Of a stretch of 64,000 nt of DNA, positions 1 to 8,406 are shown one piece after another (within the stretch, counting starts at the first letter, position 1; the number at the start of each line of letters is the position of its first letter). Source of the DNA: Anaerolineae bacterium (GTDB lineage: Bacteria; Chloroflexota; Anaerolineae; Aggregatilineales; JAFGMM01); the NCBI GenBank assembly GCA_016927535.1, contig JAFGMM010000090.1:118-64117 (forward strand), given 5' to 3'. The position numbers were made by a program, and so were the translations under genes. The notes beneath the pieces are model-generated. The model was not told the origin of the DNA. It did not search any database and was given only the letters and a program-made list of their open reading frames with translations.

Positions 1-27
1 AACAATAAAAAGTTGCACACCGCGCAG

Positions 28-339
28 TCATTGCGCCGACAACTGCAAGGCGACGAGCACACCGCCGATACACATCAAGCTTGAAAGCAGCGCCAACGCC
101 AGCACCGCGCACCCCCGTCGCGCCGACTTGCGCCCCGCCTCCGAGCCGATTATCAGGCGCACGAGCGCCAGCAGGCTCGCCGAGCCGCCGCCCACCAGCA
201 CCGCCAACACATCATCAAGCTGGCCCAACCCCGGCGCGACATCGGGCACCAGATCCAGCGGCGAGCCGACATAGAGCAACGTCACCAACACTACCAGCGC
301 CACGCCTACATCCAGGCCACAGCCGGCGGCGCGGCGCAT
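28..339 (-). CDS. DUF1232/YkvA-like small membrane protein
   Basis: Motif YVGSPLDLVPDVAPGLGQLDD plus hydrophobic segments. Start moved to the ATG at 339, in frame with ORF 28..636, which otherwise overlaps the next gene. Confidence 0.75.
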   Translation of the reverse strand: MRRAAGCGLDVGVALVVLVTLLYVGSPLDLVPDVAPGLGQLDDVLAVLVGGGSASLLALVRLIIGSEAGRKSARRGCAVLALALLSSLMCIGGVLVALQLSAQ

Positions 340-385
340 ACAGCCGAACTTCTGCGCATTCCCTACGTCGCTGCGAGACACGGCG

Positions 386-1123
386 CTACTGCACGGTGAC
401 CGTGACCCCGTTCGAGAGGTTTTCCCATTCCCCGGCGCCGCCATCGCACGCGGCGATATTGGGATAACAGATCGCCAGACGCAGGACAAAGGTGCCGGCG
501 CGCGGGATTTCGATGTGGTCACGGTAGTTCGCCAGCAGCGAGTCGCCGGGCTGCAAGGTCGTCTCGCTGTAGGTAGTGTGGAACAGATCGGACTGGTTAG
601 CGCCGTTCTCTTCCACCGAGACCCCCAGTCGGCCAAAGCTCACCGCCGTAGTGGTCGGGTTGAGCAGTTGGAAGACAAACCAGATCGACTGGTTCACACC
701 GTAGGCCGGCCCGCCCTCCAGCCGGAAGGTAGCCGTCAAGCCCTTACGCGACACCGGCGGCGCGGGCGGCTGCGTCGGCTGCGGCGCGGGATTCGCCGGC
801 GCGGGCGGCTGCGTCGGCTGCGGCTTGGGGGTATGGGTCGCCGGCGGTGTATCGGTGGGAACAGGTGTGTTGGTCGCCGGCGGGACCGTCGGCGTGGCCG
901 TCGGAACGGGCGTGTCGGTCGCCGGCGGAAGGGTGCTCAACACATACACGGTGGGCGATGCGCCGCCGGCGGGCGTCGGCGGCAGCGGCGACCCCTTCGC
1001 CACCGGCGCGGCGGTGGCTGCCTCCGGCTGCGACAACAGCACGACTCCCAGGCCACCAAGTACCACGACCAGGCAGCCGCCAATCAAAAACATGACCCAA
1101 ACAAGTTGTGTTTCGCGTGACAT
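386..1123 (-). CDS. Membrane-anchored protein with Pro/Thr-rich linker and C-terminal Ig-like beta domain
   Basis: N-terminal TM helix, PTATP-type linker with duplicated PQPTQPPAP, beta-rich C-terminus ending VTVTVQ. Confidence 0.75.
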   Translation of the reverse strand: MSRETQLVWVMFLIGGCLVVVLGGLGVVLLSQPEAATAAPVAKGSPLPPTPAGGASPTVYVLSTLPPATDTPVPTATPTVPPATNTPVPTDTPPATHTPKPQPTQPPAPANPAPQPTQPPAPPVSRKGLTATFRLEGGPAYGVNQSIWFVFQLLNPTTTAVSFGRLGVSVEENGANQSDLFHTTYSETTLQPGDSLLANYRDHIEIPRAGTFVLRLAICYPNIAACDGGAGEWENLSNGVTVTVQ

Positions 1124-1215
1124 ATGATTTCAATCCTAATCGTCGCCGGCACATAACAGCGGCAGCCATTGTAACGGGAAGCCTGCCGGCGCGCCATGTA
1201 CAGATCAATCGGCCC

Positions 1216-2451
1216 CTACTCGGTATAAGTCGCCTGGGCAGCGGGCCGGGGCGCAGCGCTCGGCTGCCCGGAAGAACGCAGCGCCGCCCAGCACAACCCC
1301 ACGGTGACCGGCAGCACAACCAGCGCCACGACAAAAGGCGCCTGCGGGCCGGGGTTGGTGTAGAGCGGGCCGGCCATCCCGGTACCGGCGGCGGTCCCCA
1401 GCGCGTGCACCGACCCCAACAACCCCAGCAGCACGCCGCGCTGTCCCTCGCGCACGCGCGGCACGATTACGCTTTCTAAGAGCGAGCGCGCCACACCGCC
1501 GCCGCCCAGCAGCACATACGCCGACCCCGACACGGCGACCTCCTGGCCGATGAGCAGCAGCCCGCAGCCCGCCCAGATAAACGCCATCGCTGCGGCGAAA
1601 GCATGCAGAGGCTTCTCGCTGCGCCCCAGCCAGATGCTCATAAGGGCGATGCTCACCGCATTGAGCGACCCCAGCACACCGATCACGCCCGACGCTAAAC
1701 CATGCTCATCCTCCAAGAATTGGGCGGGCGCGGTCCCGGTCGGTGAAGCCAACGCAGCGGCGGCAAACGCCAGGCCGACCGTCCCCAGCACCGGCATGAG
1801 CCAGCGCCGTCGAAACAACTCGCCGTAGCCGGATACATCGGCATGGCGCTCGACCGGGGGCAGCGAGCGTGTGCGCGTGGCGGCAAACGTGGACAGCACG
1901 AACCAGAAAGCCGATATCGCAAACACCGAGCGCAGCCCAATCGCCTGAGCCAGCCAGCCGCCCAGCGCCGGCGAGAAAATCAGCCCAACCCAGAACCCCG
2001 CGTTCAACGTCGTGACGACACGGCTGAAGGTTTGCTGCGGGCGCTCCTTTGCCTCTAGGGTGACGACGCGGCTCAGGTACGCCGACGAGAGCGGCACCGC
2101 CGCACCCGACATCCCGTAGCAGACGAAAGCCGGGACCAGCCAGCGCCAGTCCGGGGCCAGCGCGATGCCGATCACGCCCACCGTGCCGACGACCCACGCC
2201 GGGATCATCACTTGACGCGGGCCGAAGCGATCCCCCAGCCAGCCGACCGGCAGGTAAATCAACAGCTTAATCAGCCAGCTCAGACCCAACACAAAGCCGA
2301 TTTGTTCCGGCGTCGCGCCCAGTTCTTTGATATAGAGCGTCTGGATGTAAATCCACAACCCCTCGCCGACTCCCCACAACAGATAAGAAAGCGAAAGCCA
2401 GCGTGCGTTGCGTCCCAGGTAATCGAACAATGTAAACCTCGCAGCAGCCAA
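1216..2451 (-). CDS. MFS transporter
   Basis: About 12 hydrophobic segments; MFS motif A GWLGDRFGPR. Confidence 0.9.
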   Translation of the reverse strand: MAAARFTLFDYLGRNARWLSLSYLLWGVGEGLWIYIQTLYIKELGATPEQIGFVLGLSWLIKLLIYLPVGWLGDRFGPRQVMIPAWVVGTVGVIGIALAPDWRWLVPAFVCYGMSGAAVPLSSAYLSRVVTLEAKERPQQTFSRVVTTLNAGFWVGLIFSPALGGWLAQAIGLRSVFAISAFWFVLSTFAATRTRSLPPVERHADVSGYGELFRRRWLMPVLGTVGLAFAAAALASPTGTAPAQFLEDEHGLASGVIGVLGSLNAVSIALMSIWLGRSEKPLHAFAAAMAFIWAGCGLLLIGQEVAVSGSAYVLLGGGGVARSLLESVIVPRVREGQRGVLLGLLGSVHALGTAAGTGMAGPLYTNPGPQAPFVVALVVLPVTVGLCWAALRSSGQPSAAPRPAAQATYTE

Positions 2452-3324
2452 TCATCCCGGTATGGCGCGGGCGCGCCCTGCCGCCGGCGATTGTATTGCT
2501 TCATCGAACTCGAAGAAACCGGCGGACCGTTCGCGGATAAACTCCCACACCGCAGCAAAGACCTTTTCCATGTGGACACCCTCGGTGACGACATGACCGC
2601 CGCTCTCGATCCACAGCATCGTTTTGTCCTTGCTGCTCACGCGGCTGTAAATGTGCGGCATGCAGCCAGGCGGCGCCGTCTGGTCGTCGCGCGCGTGCAT
2701 CAACAGCAGCGGCGCCGCCAGGCGCGGCAGGTTGGCCTCAACGTGGCGCATGAGCTTCGTCAATTCGGCGACGCTGGGGATCACCTCGTAGCGGTACACC
2801 GCGCGCCCGGTCTCCAACTCACCGCGCGCGCGTTGGATGGCACGCACCCGCCTATCTTCTGAGTCATGCGCCTGCGCGTCCCCTTTGGGCAGATAGCGCA
2901 CGAAAGGCCTGAGCAGGGGCAGATAGCGCAGGCGCGGGTCTTCCAGGTAGACCGGCGCGGCCAGGCTAACGACTCCATCGACCGGGTAATGAATGCCGGC
3001 GTACAGGCTCAGCAGCCCGCCCATCGACAGCCCAGCGATGTACACCCGCGCGCAGTTCTGGCGCAGCAGTGTGATCGCGTCGAGCACATCGCCGGCCCAG
3101 TGCTGCCAGAGGGCCGCGGCCATATCTTCTTTGACCGTCCCGTGCCCGGTCAGGCGGATGCGCAGCACGGTAAGCCCGCGCGCCGCCAGGGAATCGCCCA
3201 ACCAGCGCATCTCTTGCGGCGCGCCCGTATAGCCGTGCACCAGCACGGCGCCCACCGGCCCGCCGATATGCAGCGCCGGCCCGCCGCCGGGCATGTAAGT
3301 CACCGGGATTTGATTTACACTCAT
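2452..3324 (-). CDS. Alpha/beta hydrolase, carboxylesterase/monoacylglycerol lipase type
   Basis: HGYTG oxyanion motif, GLSMGG nucleophile elbow, DDQTA Asp, GGHVV His. Confidence 0.9.
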   Translation of the reverse strand: MSVNQIPVTYMPGGGPALHIGGPVGAVLVHGYTGAPQEMRWLGDSLAARGLTVLRIRLTGHGTVKEDMAAALWQHWAGDVLDAITLLRQNCARVYIAGLSMGGLLSLYAGIHYPVDGVVSLAAPVYLEDPRLRYLPLLRPFVRYLPKGDAQAHDSEDRRVRAIQRARGELETGRAVYRYEVIPSVAELTKLMRHVEANLPRLAAPLLLMHARDDQTAPPGCMPHIYSRVSSKDKTMLWIESGGHVVTEGVHMEKVFAAVWEFIRERSAGFFEFDEAIQSPAAGRARAIPG

Positions 3325-4163
3325 CGAAGTTGCTCCTTACCAGGTTCCGAGATGCCGTTTCCCTGAAAGATTGCCGGTGCGCCCGGTTCGATCCCCAAGC
3401 GCCAGGGGTGCGCGTAGACAGTCATACGGTCGTGGCGCAGGTAACCCACCAGCGCAATATTCCAGGCCCGCGCCATCAGCACCGAAAGGTCGGTCGGCGC
3501 GGTGCGGCTCACCACGACGGGTATTTGCATCCGGCGCGCCTTGTTCAACATCTCTGAACTGATGCGCCCGGTGCTCAGTAGGACGCCGTCGCACGGGTCG
3601 ATATTGTCCAGAAACGCCATGCCGTGCAGCTTATCAAGCGTGTTGTGCTGTCCCACGTCCTCGACGAGCAGCCACAGCCCATCACGCTTGGCAAGCGCGG
3701 CGGTGTGGACGCCGCCGGCAAGCCGGTGCAGGGTCGCCGCCCCGTAGAGCCGGGTCATCCAGTCCCAAAGCTGCGCAGGCGCGACGGTCAGAGTCGAGGC
3801 GAGCGGCGGGTATTCGGCCTGGAGATCCTCGAAGGTCATGCCGCCCGCGCAGCCCGTGGTGACGATACGGCGCTGTGGCAGAGCGGGCAGACTGTAGCCA
3901 AGCCACACATCGACACAGCCGCCTTGCCGGCACACCGTGACGGCCTGCACATCTTCGCGCCGGTCGATGATCCCTTCGTTGAGCAGAAAGCCCAGCGCCA
4001 GCGCCTTGACCTCGACCGGAGTACACATCAGGGTTGTCAGTTCCCGCCCATTGACGAAGACCAGCAGCGGCGACTCAACCGGGACTGCGCCTTCTTCCGC
4101 TTGAACGCCGGCTTGGTTGATGAGATGATATTGACAGGTGACCGCGCCGTCTACCATGCACAT
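3321..4163 (-). CDS. fdhD: Formate dehydrogenase accessory sulfurtransferase FdhD
   Basis: TLMCTP, ALGFLLNEGII, GGVHTAAL, EDVGQHNTLDKL, STGRISSEM, SRTAPT motifs. Confidence 0.9.
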   Translation of the reverse strand: MCMVDGAVTCQYHLINQAGVQAEEGAVPVESPLLVFVNGRELTTLMCTPVEVKALALGFLLNEGIIDRREDVQAVTVCRQGGCVDVWLGYSLPALPQRRIVTTGCAGGMTFEDLQAEYPPLASTLTVAPAQLWDWMTRLYGAATLHRLAGGVHTAALAKRDGLWLLVEDVGQHNTLDKLHGMAFLDNIDPCDGVLLSTGRISSEMLNKARRMQIPVVVSRTAPTDLSVLMARAWNIALVGYLRHDRMTVYAHPWRLGIEPGAPAIFQGNGISEPGKEQLR

Positions 4164-4216
4164 CCTTCAAGAACAACCGGTAGACAGAATATGATACGAG
4201 AAAAATGTCTTGTGCG

Positions 4217-4684
4217 CTAAAAGACGATGGCGAATCGATTGGAAGACACCAACGATATACAATCGTCGATGAAAGCAGCCAGCGGAGGCGCATCCTCGGC
4301 GGTGCAGGCGGGCGGCACGAGAGCAGCGTTTTGGAGAGCCAGCGCATAACATTGAAGCGCAACGATACAGTGCTCACGCAGCGGGCCCGTAAGCGATGGG
4401 CGAAGCGTCTCTTGAGTTTTCAGGCCCATCGCGGCGTTGAACGGAAAGAGCAGCCATTCGAGCGGGAGACGCCCGCCGACAAGCTCACCCAAATAATTGA
4501 CAAACCGGGTCAGCGCCCGCGCGCGCTGCTCATATGGCTGGTCATCCCAGCCCGGCGCGCCGACCCACCGATCAACGATGGGGCGGACATCTTGGATCTC
4601 GACCGACCGGATGCCGGATACCGGCGGGAGTAAACACGCCTGGGCCAGAAGCGCTGCGTAGCGATCTATCATGAGTTTTTCCAT
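4217..4684 (-). CDS. Hypothetical protein
   Basis: 155-aa ORF filling the gap, co-oriented with fdhD; no motif recognised. Confidence 0.5.
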   Translation of the reverse strand: MEKLMIDRYAALLAQACLLPPVSGIRSVEIQDVRPIVDRWVGAPGWDDQPYEQRARALTRFVNYLGELVGGRLPLEWLLFPFNAAMGLKTQETLRPSLTGPLREHCIVALQCYALALQNAALVPPACTAEDAPPLAAFIDDCISLVSSNRFAIVF

Positions 4685-4995
4685 TTAAAAGCCCTCAGTA
4701 CTTAAGAAATCACTTATGGAGACACGACAAGCCACGCCCCTACAAACCATTGCTGCCAGCACCGCAGTTCAACGCACCCCTATATTACACGATATTCAAG
4801 CGATTTTATATCACAAAACTGTAAAAGTTTTGGCTGCTCCGTGGGAAGAAACCACTTGGCACACTGGCGCCGATTGACATCCCGGTAGACCATCGGCGGC
4901 TGGAAGTTGCGACCAGCCATTCTCTACCGTTTGGCGCACCTTGCTGCTATAGTCTCATCGGCAAGAAGCTTTATCACAGGAGGAATAGGTATTCC

Positions 4996-5391
4996 ATGCT
5001 GGATGACCAGGCTCGTGAGTTTCTACAAAAGCGTCTCATCGCACGGATGAGCACCGTCGGGCCGGACGGCTACCCGCATACTGTGCCGGTGTGGTTTAAG
5101 CTGGAAGGCGACGACATCATAATTATCAGCACGCGCGACACGCGCAAAGTGCAGCATATCCTGGCAAATTCTAAGGGAGCGGTGACCATCGGCGGCGACC
5201 CCAACGACGGCGCAGGTTATCTGCTCCAGGGCGACTTCTCCGTCGAGGAGGACACCGACCGCATCTGGCTGCGCACCTTGACTTACTACTACGAGGAAAA
5301 AGAGCAGGCCGAGAAGGATATCGCCGCGTGGCAAGACCTGGATATGATCGCTATCCGGCTGAAGCCGAAGAAGGTCGTCAAAGTGTTTTAG
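4996..5391 (+). CDS. Pyridoxamine 5'-phosphate oxidase-like (PPOX class, possibly F420-dependent) protein
   Basis: ARMSTVGPDGYPHTVPVWF and RKVQHI motifs; RBS AGGAGG upstream. Confidence 0.85.
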   Translation: MLDDQAREFLQKRLIARMSTVGPDGYPHTVPVWFKLEGDDIIIISTRDTRKVQHILANSKGAVTIGGDPNDGAGYLLQGDFSVEEDTDRIWLRTLTYYYEEKEQAEKDIAAWQDLDMIAIRLKPKKVVKVF

Positions 5392-5442
5392 AGCGGTCGT
5401 CTTTATGGACAGCCTGATGCAATGTGGCATGATTGCTTCTTT

Positions 5443-5552
5443 ACCTCACCCCCCGGCCCCCTCTCCACCGTGTGGAGAGGGGGAGAAACCCACGATTCGG
5501 CGACTCCGATTCCCCCTCTCCATGACATGGAGAGAGGGCTAGGGGGTGAGGT
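5443..5552. repeat. REP-like composite palindrome
   Basis: ACCTCACCCCC...GGGGGTGAGGT outer inverted repeat enclosing two CCTCTCCA/TGGAGAG hairpins, between convergent genes; a related element lies at 56350-56424. Confidence 0.75.
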
Positions 5553-5581
5553 GCTGTCAATTCGTTTTGTTTTCTCCATTA

Positions 5582-5617
5582 GCTCCTCTCCTCGGCAGCC
5601 TTGCCGGGGAGAGGGGC
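5582..5617. terminator. GC-rich hairpin at the 3' end of the SBP gene (terminator or REP half)
   Basis: GCTCCTCTCCTCGGCA-gcct-TGCCGGGGAGAGGGGC; no clear U tract. Confidence 0.45.
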
Positions 5618-5624
5618 GTCTGTG

Positions 5625-8237
5625 TCACAAATCCGGGTCTGCCATGCCGGCGCACTCGTGGAACCGGCCTAAGTATTCGCCCCGGTCTGTATAAGTCGCC
5701 GGGTCGTAAGGCGGAATGCTCGCTTCACAACCCAGATAGGCAGTATAGATGTTCTGCGCGTCGGCAAGTTCGGCATCCAGATCGGCGCCCTCTAGTACGT
5801 GGCGGTCCATCGCGCGGAAAAGCCACTGCTGCGCGTAGAACTCGCCTACGCTGCTGTCCATGCCGGACATGGACGCCCGGAAGATAACCGTGTTCGGCGC
5901 TTGAGTCAGCGCGTCGAAAGCGCGGTAGAATGCAACGGTTTCGCCGGTGTGGGCAGCGGCGAGCACCGGATCGTCCAGCAGCGAACGGCGCGCCGGCATT
6001 GCGCTGAGCAGGTCCGGCTGCTGCGCGAGGTAGTTGATCCACCGGTAGCACGCCGCCGGGTTTTGCGCCGCAGCACTGATGTATCCTGTATGAAGCTGGT
6101 AGAGCACCGGCGTATACTGCGAGCCGCGCGGGTAGGTCGTCGTCTTGTACGGCGTGTCCGGGTCTTGCCAGTAGCTGATACGGAAAAGGTTCACAGTATC
6201 CGGGTAGATGGCTTCGGTTTTGCTGCTCTCCGGGCCGCCGCCCCCGCCACCGCCGCCGCTCAGGCCGAGGATGTTGAGCTTTTCATAGCCGATGTAGTCT
6301 TCCAATGCCAAATCAAGCACCTGCCGGATCGCTTCGGCGTTCGCCGGATCGGTGAAGTTGACGGTGGGCGGATCGGTGCGGTAGTCAATCGGCAGCCCGC
6401 CGTAGGCGGCGATGAGCATCAGAATATAGGTCTGGTTGAAAGCGGGCGCGATGAACGGCGGCGGGCTATCCGGGCCGGCCTTCAGCGCGCGCAGCGCGTC
6501 GGTGAACTGAGTCGTCTCCCAGCCGTACTCCGGCAGCGGCAGGCCGGCCTGCGCGAACTGCTCGGCGTCGTAGCGCAGCATGGCCGGCTCAATGGCGATG
6601 GGCAAAGCCCAGGTTTTGTTGTCGCGCTGCACCTGGTCGAGCGCGCGGGCCATGATGCCGGCGCGGTCAAAGCCGGGGTCGGCGTCGATGAACGGGTCGA
6701 GATTCAGGATAAGCTGCGGGTCGATACCGGGGACGGCGTTATAGGACAGCAGGAAGCAATCGGTCTCGGCGGCGAGTTGCTCGACCGGCATAGCCGGGTT
6801 GCCGGCGAGGTCGATGTAACCGACCTCCGGGTCGCTCGCGGCGAAGGCATCGGCTGCCGCCGCCAACCGGCTCTCATCAAGGATCGGCCCCGTGAATGTT
6901 TGCATGCCAAAGCGCAGCGCGCTCTCGCCCGGCGCCAGTTCGGGCGGCGCTTCGACCGGCTCGACGTAAATCGTGACTTCGGCGCGCCGCGCGTCCGCCG
7001 CCTGGAGGTTGGCGACGGCGGTCGCCTCGGCCTCGGCAAGGGCGGTCGGCGCGTCCAGGTCGCGCCCCATCAGGATTATCGCAAGATCCAGGTAGGCGCT
7101 GTAGCGCAGTTCAGACGGCGAGAGCGCGCGGGTCAGCGCCTCGTCGAGAAATGCCTTGTTCTCCGGCGAGTACGTCCCGAAGCTCATCGGCGCGTCCGCT
7201 ACGTTTAAGCCCATTAAACTTCGGCGCGCCGGCGCATACGCAAAGAAGCCGTAGACCGCTTGGGCGTTTTGGGTGAGGTAGCGGGCCAGTTGGTAGGCTG
7301 CTTCCGGGTGGGCCGCGCCGCCGCTCACGGCGAAGCCGGTCACCCGCAGGCCGGCCACGCCGCCCGGCAGGTACGCGCCGATCACTTGAGGGATGTCGCC
7401 GCCGAACTGCTGGAGCGAAAAGCTCGTGTCGATGCTCAGCGGCATCGAACCCGGCATGATGGCGGGCGGCAGGTCGGTGACGCCTTCTTCCTCAAGCGCC
7501 TGCCACGCGGTGGCGACCGCTTCGACCGCCGGGCCGGTGAGCCGGGGCGTTTCGGGGAGCGTGGCGCTGTCATAAAGTGCGGTGCCGGTCAGCGCGCGAA
7601 ACAGAAGATAGTAGTACGACCACAACGCCAGGATGCCGGAGACGGTGGTTTTGCCGCTGCCGTCGTACTGGACGAGGGCGCGTGCGGCGCGGGTCAGGTC
7701 GTCGAGCGTCCACTGTGCGTTAGGGTAAGCTAGGCCCGCCGCGTCGAACATCTCCGGGACGTATTGCAGGGTCACCACGTCCACCGCCGCCGGCAGCGCC
7801 CACAGCCCGCCGTCCCACTGGAACGCCTGCCATGCCGCCGGGAGAAAGTCCTCCGGGCGCAGGTCGGGATCGACGGCGGCGAGCGGCATGAGGTTCAGGA
7901 GGTAGCCGGCGCGGGTTGCTTCCACCGAGAAGAAGTCATCGACGACGAACAGCACGTCGGCGCTGCTGACGTATTCCTCAAGCGCCTCGAAGTGCCGGTC
8001 GAGCGTTTCCAGCGCCGGGTTGGGGATGAAGGGATATTCTCCGCCGATCACTTCGACCCTGACGCCGGTCTCGGCCTCGAACGGCGCGAAAAGCTCCGGC
8101 GGGAAGTTCTGCTGCATGTAATCGGGCAGCGACAGCGACAGGATGATGCTTTCTTGTGCGCCTGCGCCTCCGATGGGGAACAGGCCCGCGACCAGCGCGG
8201 TGACAAGCAGCATAAGCAAAGAACGTTTGCGCAGCAT
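5625..8237 (-). CDS. Tandem (double) extracellular solute-binding protein, sugar SBP family 1-like
   Basis: Signal peptide ending AGA-Q; two homologous halves (LLNLMPL..DPD/WALPAAVD versus ILNLDPF..DPG/WALPIAIE). Confidence 0.85.
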   Translation of the reverse strand: MLRKRSLLMLLVTALVAGLFPIGGAGAQESIILSLSLPDYMQQNFPPELFAPFEAETGVRVEVIGGEYPFIPNPALETLDRHFEALEEYVSSADVLFVVDDFFSVEATRAGYLLNLMPLAAVDPDLRPEDFLPAAWQAFQWDGGLWALPAAVDVVTLQYVPEMFDAAGLAYPNAQWTLDDLTRAARALVQYDGSGKTTVSGILALWSYYYLLFRALTGTALYDSATLPETPRLTGPAVEAVATAWQALEEEGVTDLPPAIMPGSMPLSIDTSFSLQQFGGDIPQVIGAYLPGGVAGLRVTGFAVSGGAAHPEAAYQLARYLTQNAQAVYGFFAYAPARRSLMGLNVADAPMSFGTYSPENKAFLDEALTRALSPSELRYSAYLDLAIILMGRDLDAPTALAEAEATAVANLQAADARRAEVTIYVEPVEAPPELAPGESALRFGMQTFTGPILDESRLAAAADAFAASDPEVGYIDLAGNPAMPVEQLAAETDCFLLSYNAVPGIDPQLILNLDPFIDADPGFDRAGIMARALDQVQRDNKTWALPIAIEPAMLRYDAEQFAQAGLPLPEYGWETTQFTDALRALKAGPDSPPPFIAPAFNQTYILMLIAAYGGLPIDYRTDPPTVNFTDPANAEAIRQVLDLALEDYIGYEKLNILGLSGGGGGGGGPESSKTEAIYPDTVNLFRISYWQDPDTPYKTTTYPRGSQYTPVLYQLHTGYISAAAQNPAACYRWINYLAQQPDLLSAMPARRSLLDDPVLAAAHTGETVAFYRAFDALTQAPNTVIFRASMSGMDSSVGEFYAQQWLFRAMDRHVLEGADLDAELADAQNIYTAYLGCEASIPPYDPATYTDRGEYLGRFHECAGMADPDL

Positions 8238-8318
8238 AGATTAACTCTCCATATTGTCTGTGCAGTGCGAATACAACGCGCGTCCTTTCCAGGAGTAAAG
8301 ACACGCCGGGCGCGCAGG

Positions 8319-8327
8319 TGTTACAAT
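8319..8327 (+). promoter_or_regulatory. Extended -10 promoter of the PBP gene
   Basis: TGtTACAAT about 80 nt upstream of the ATG. Confidence 0.45.
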
Positions 8328-8406
8328 ATGGTCGGTAGGTGAGTAGGCCAAGCGTAGCGCAGCCGTCCAGCGCACGCCGTGAAGTTGTGCGAAACTACCA
8401 AACACT

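Noticed and set aside
757-825. Short direct repeat
   Set aside because: It encodes a duplicated PQPTQPPAP in a low-complexity linker.
4718-4745. GCCCCTAC REP-like half site
   Set aside because: Only a degenerate half with no convincing partner arm.
6233-6258. Poly-Gly tract in the SBP as a contingency repeat
   Set aside because: It uses mixed Gly codons, so it is an ordinary linker.
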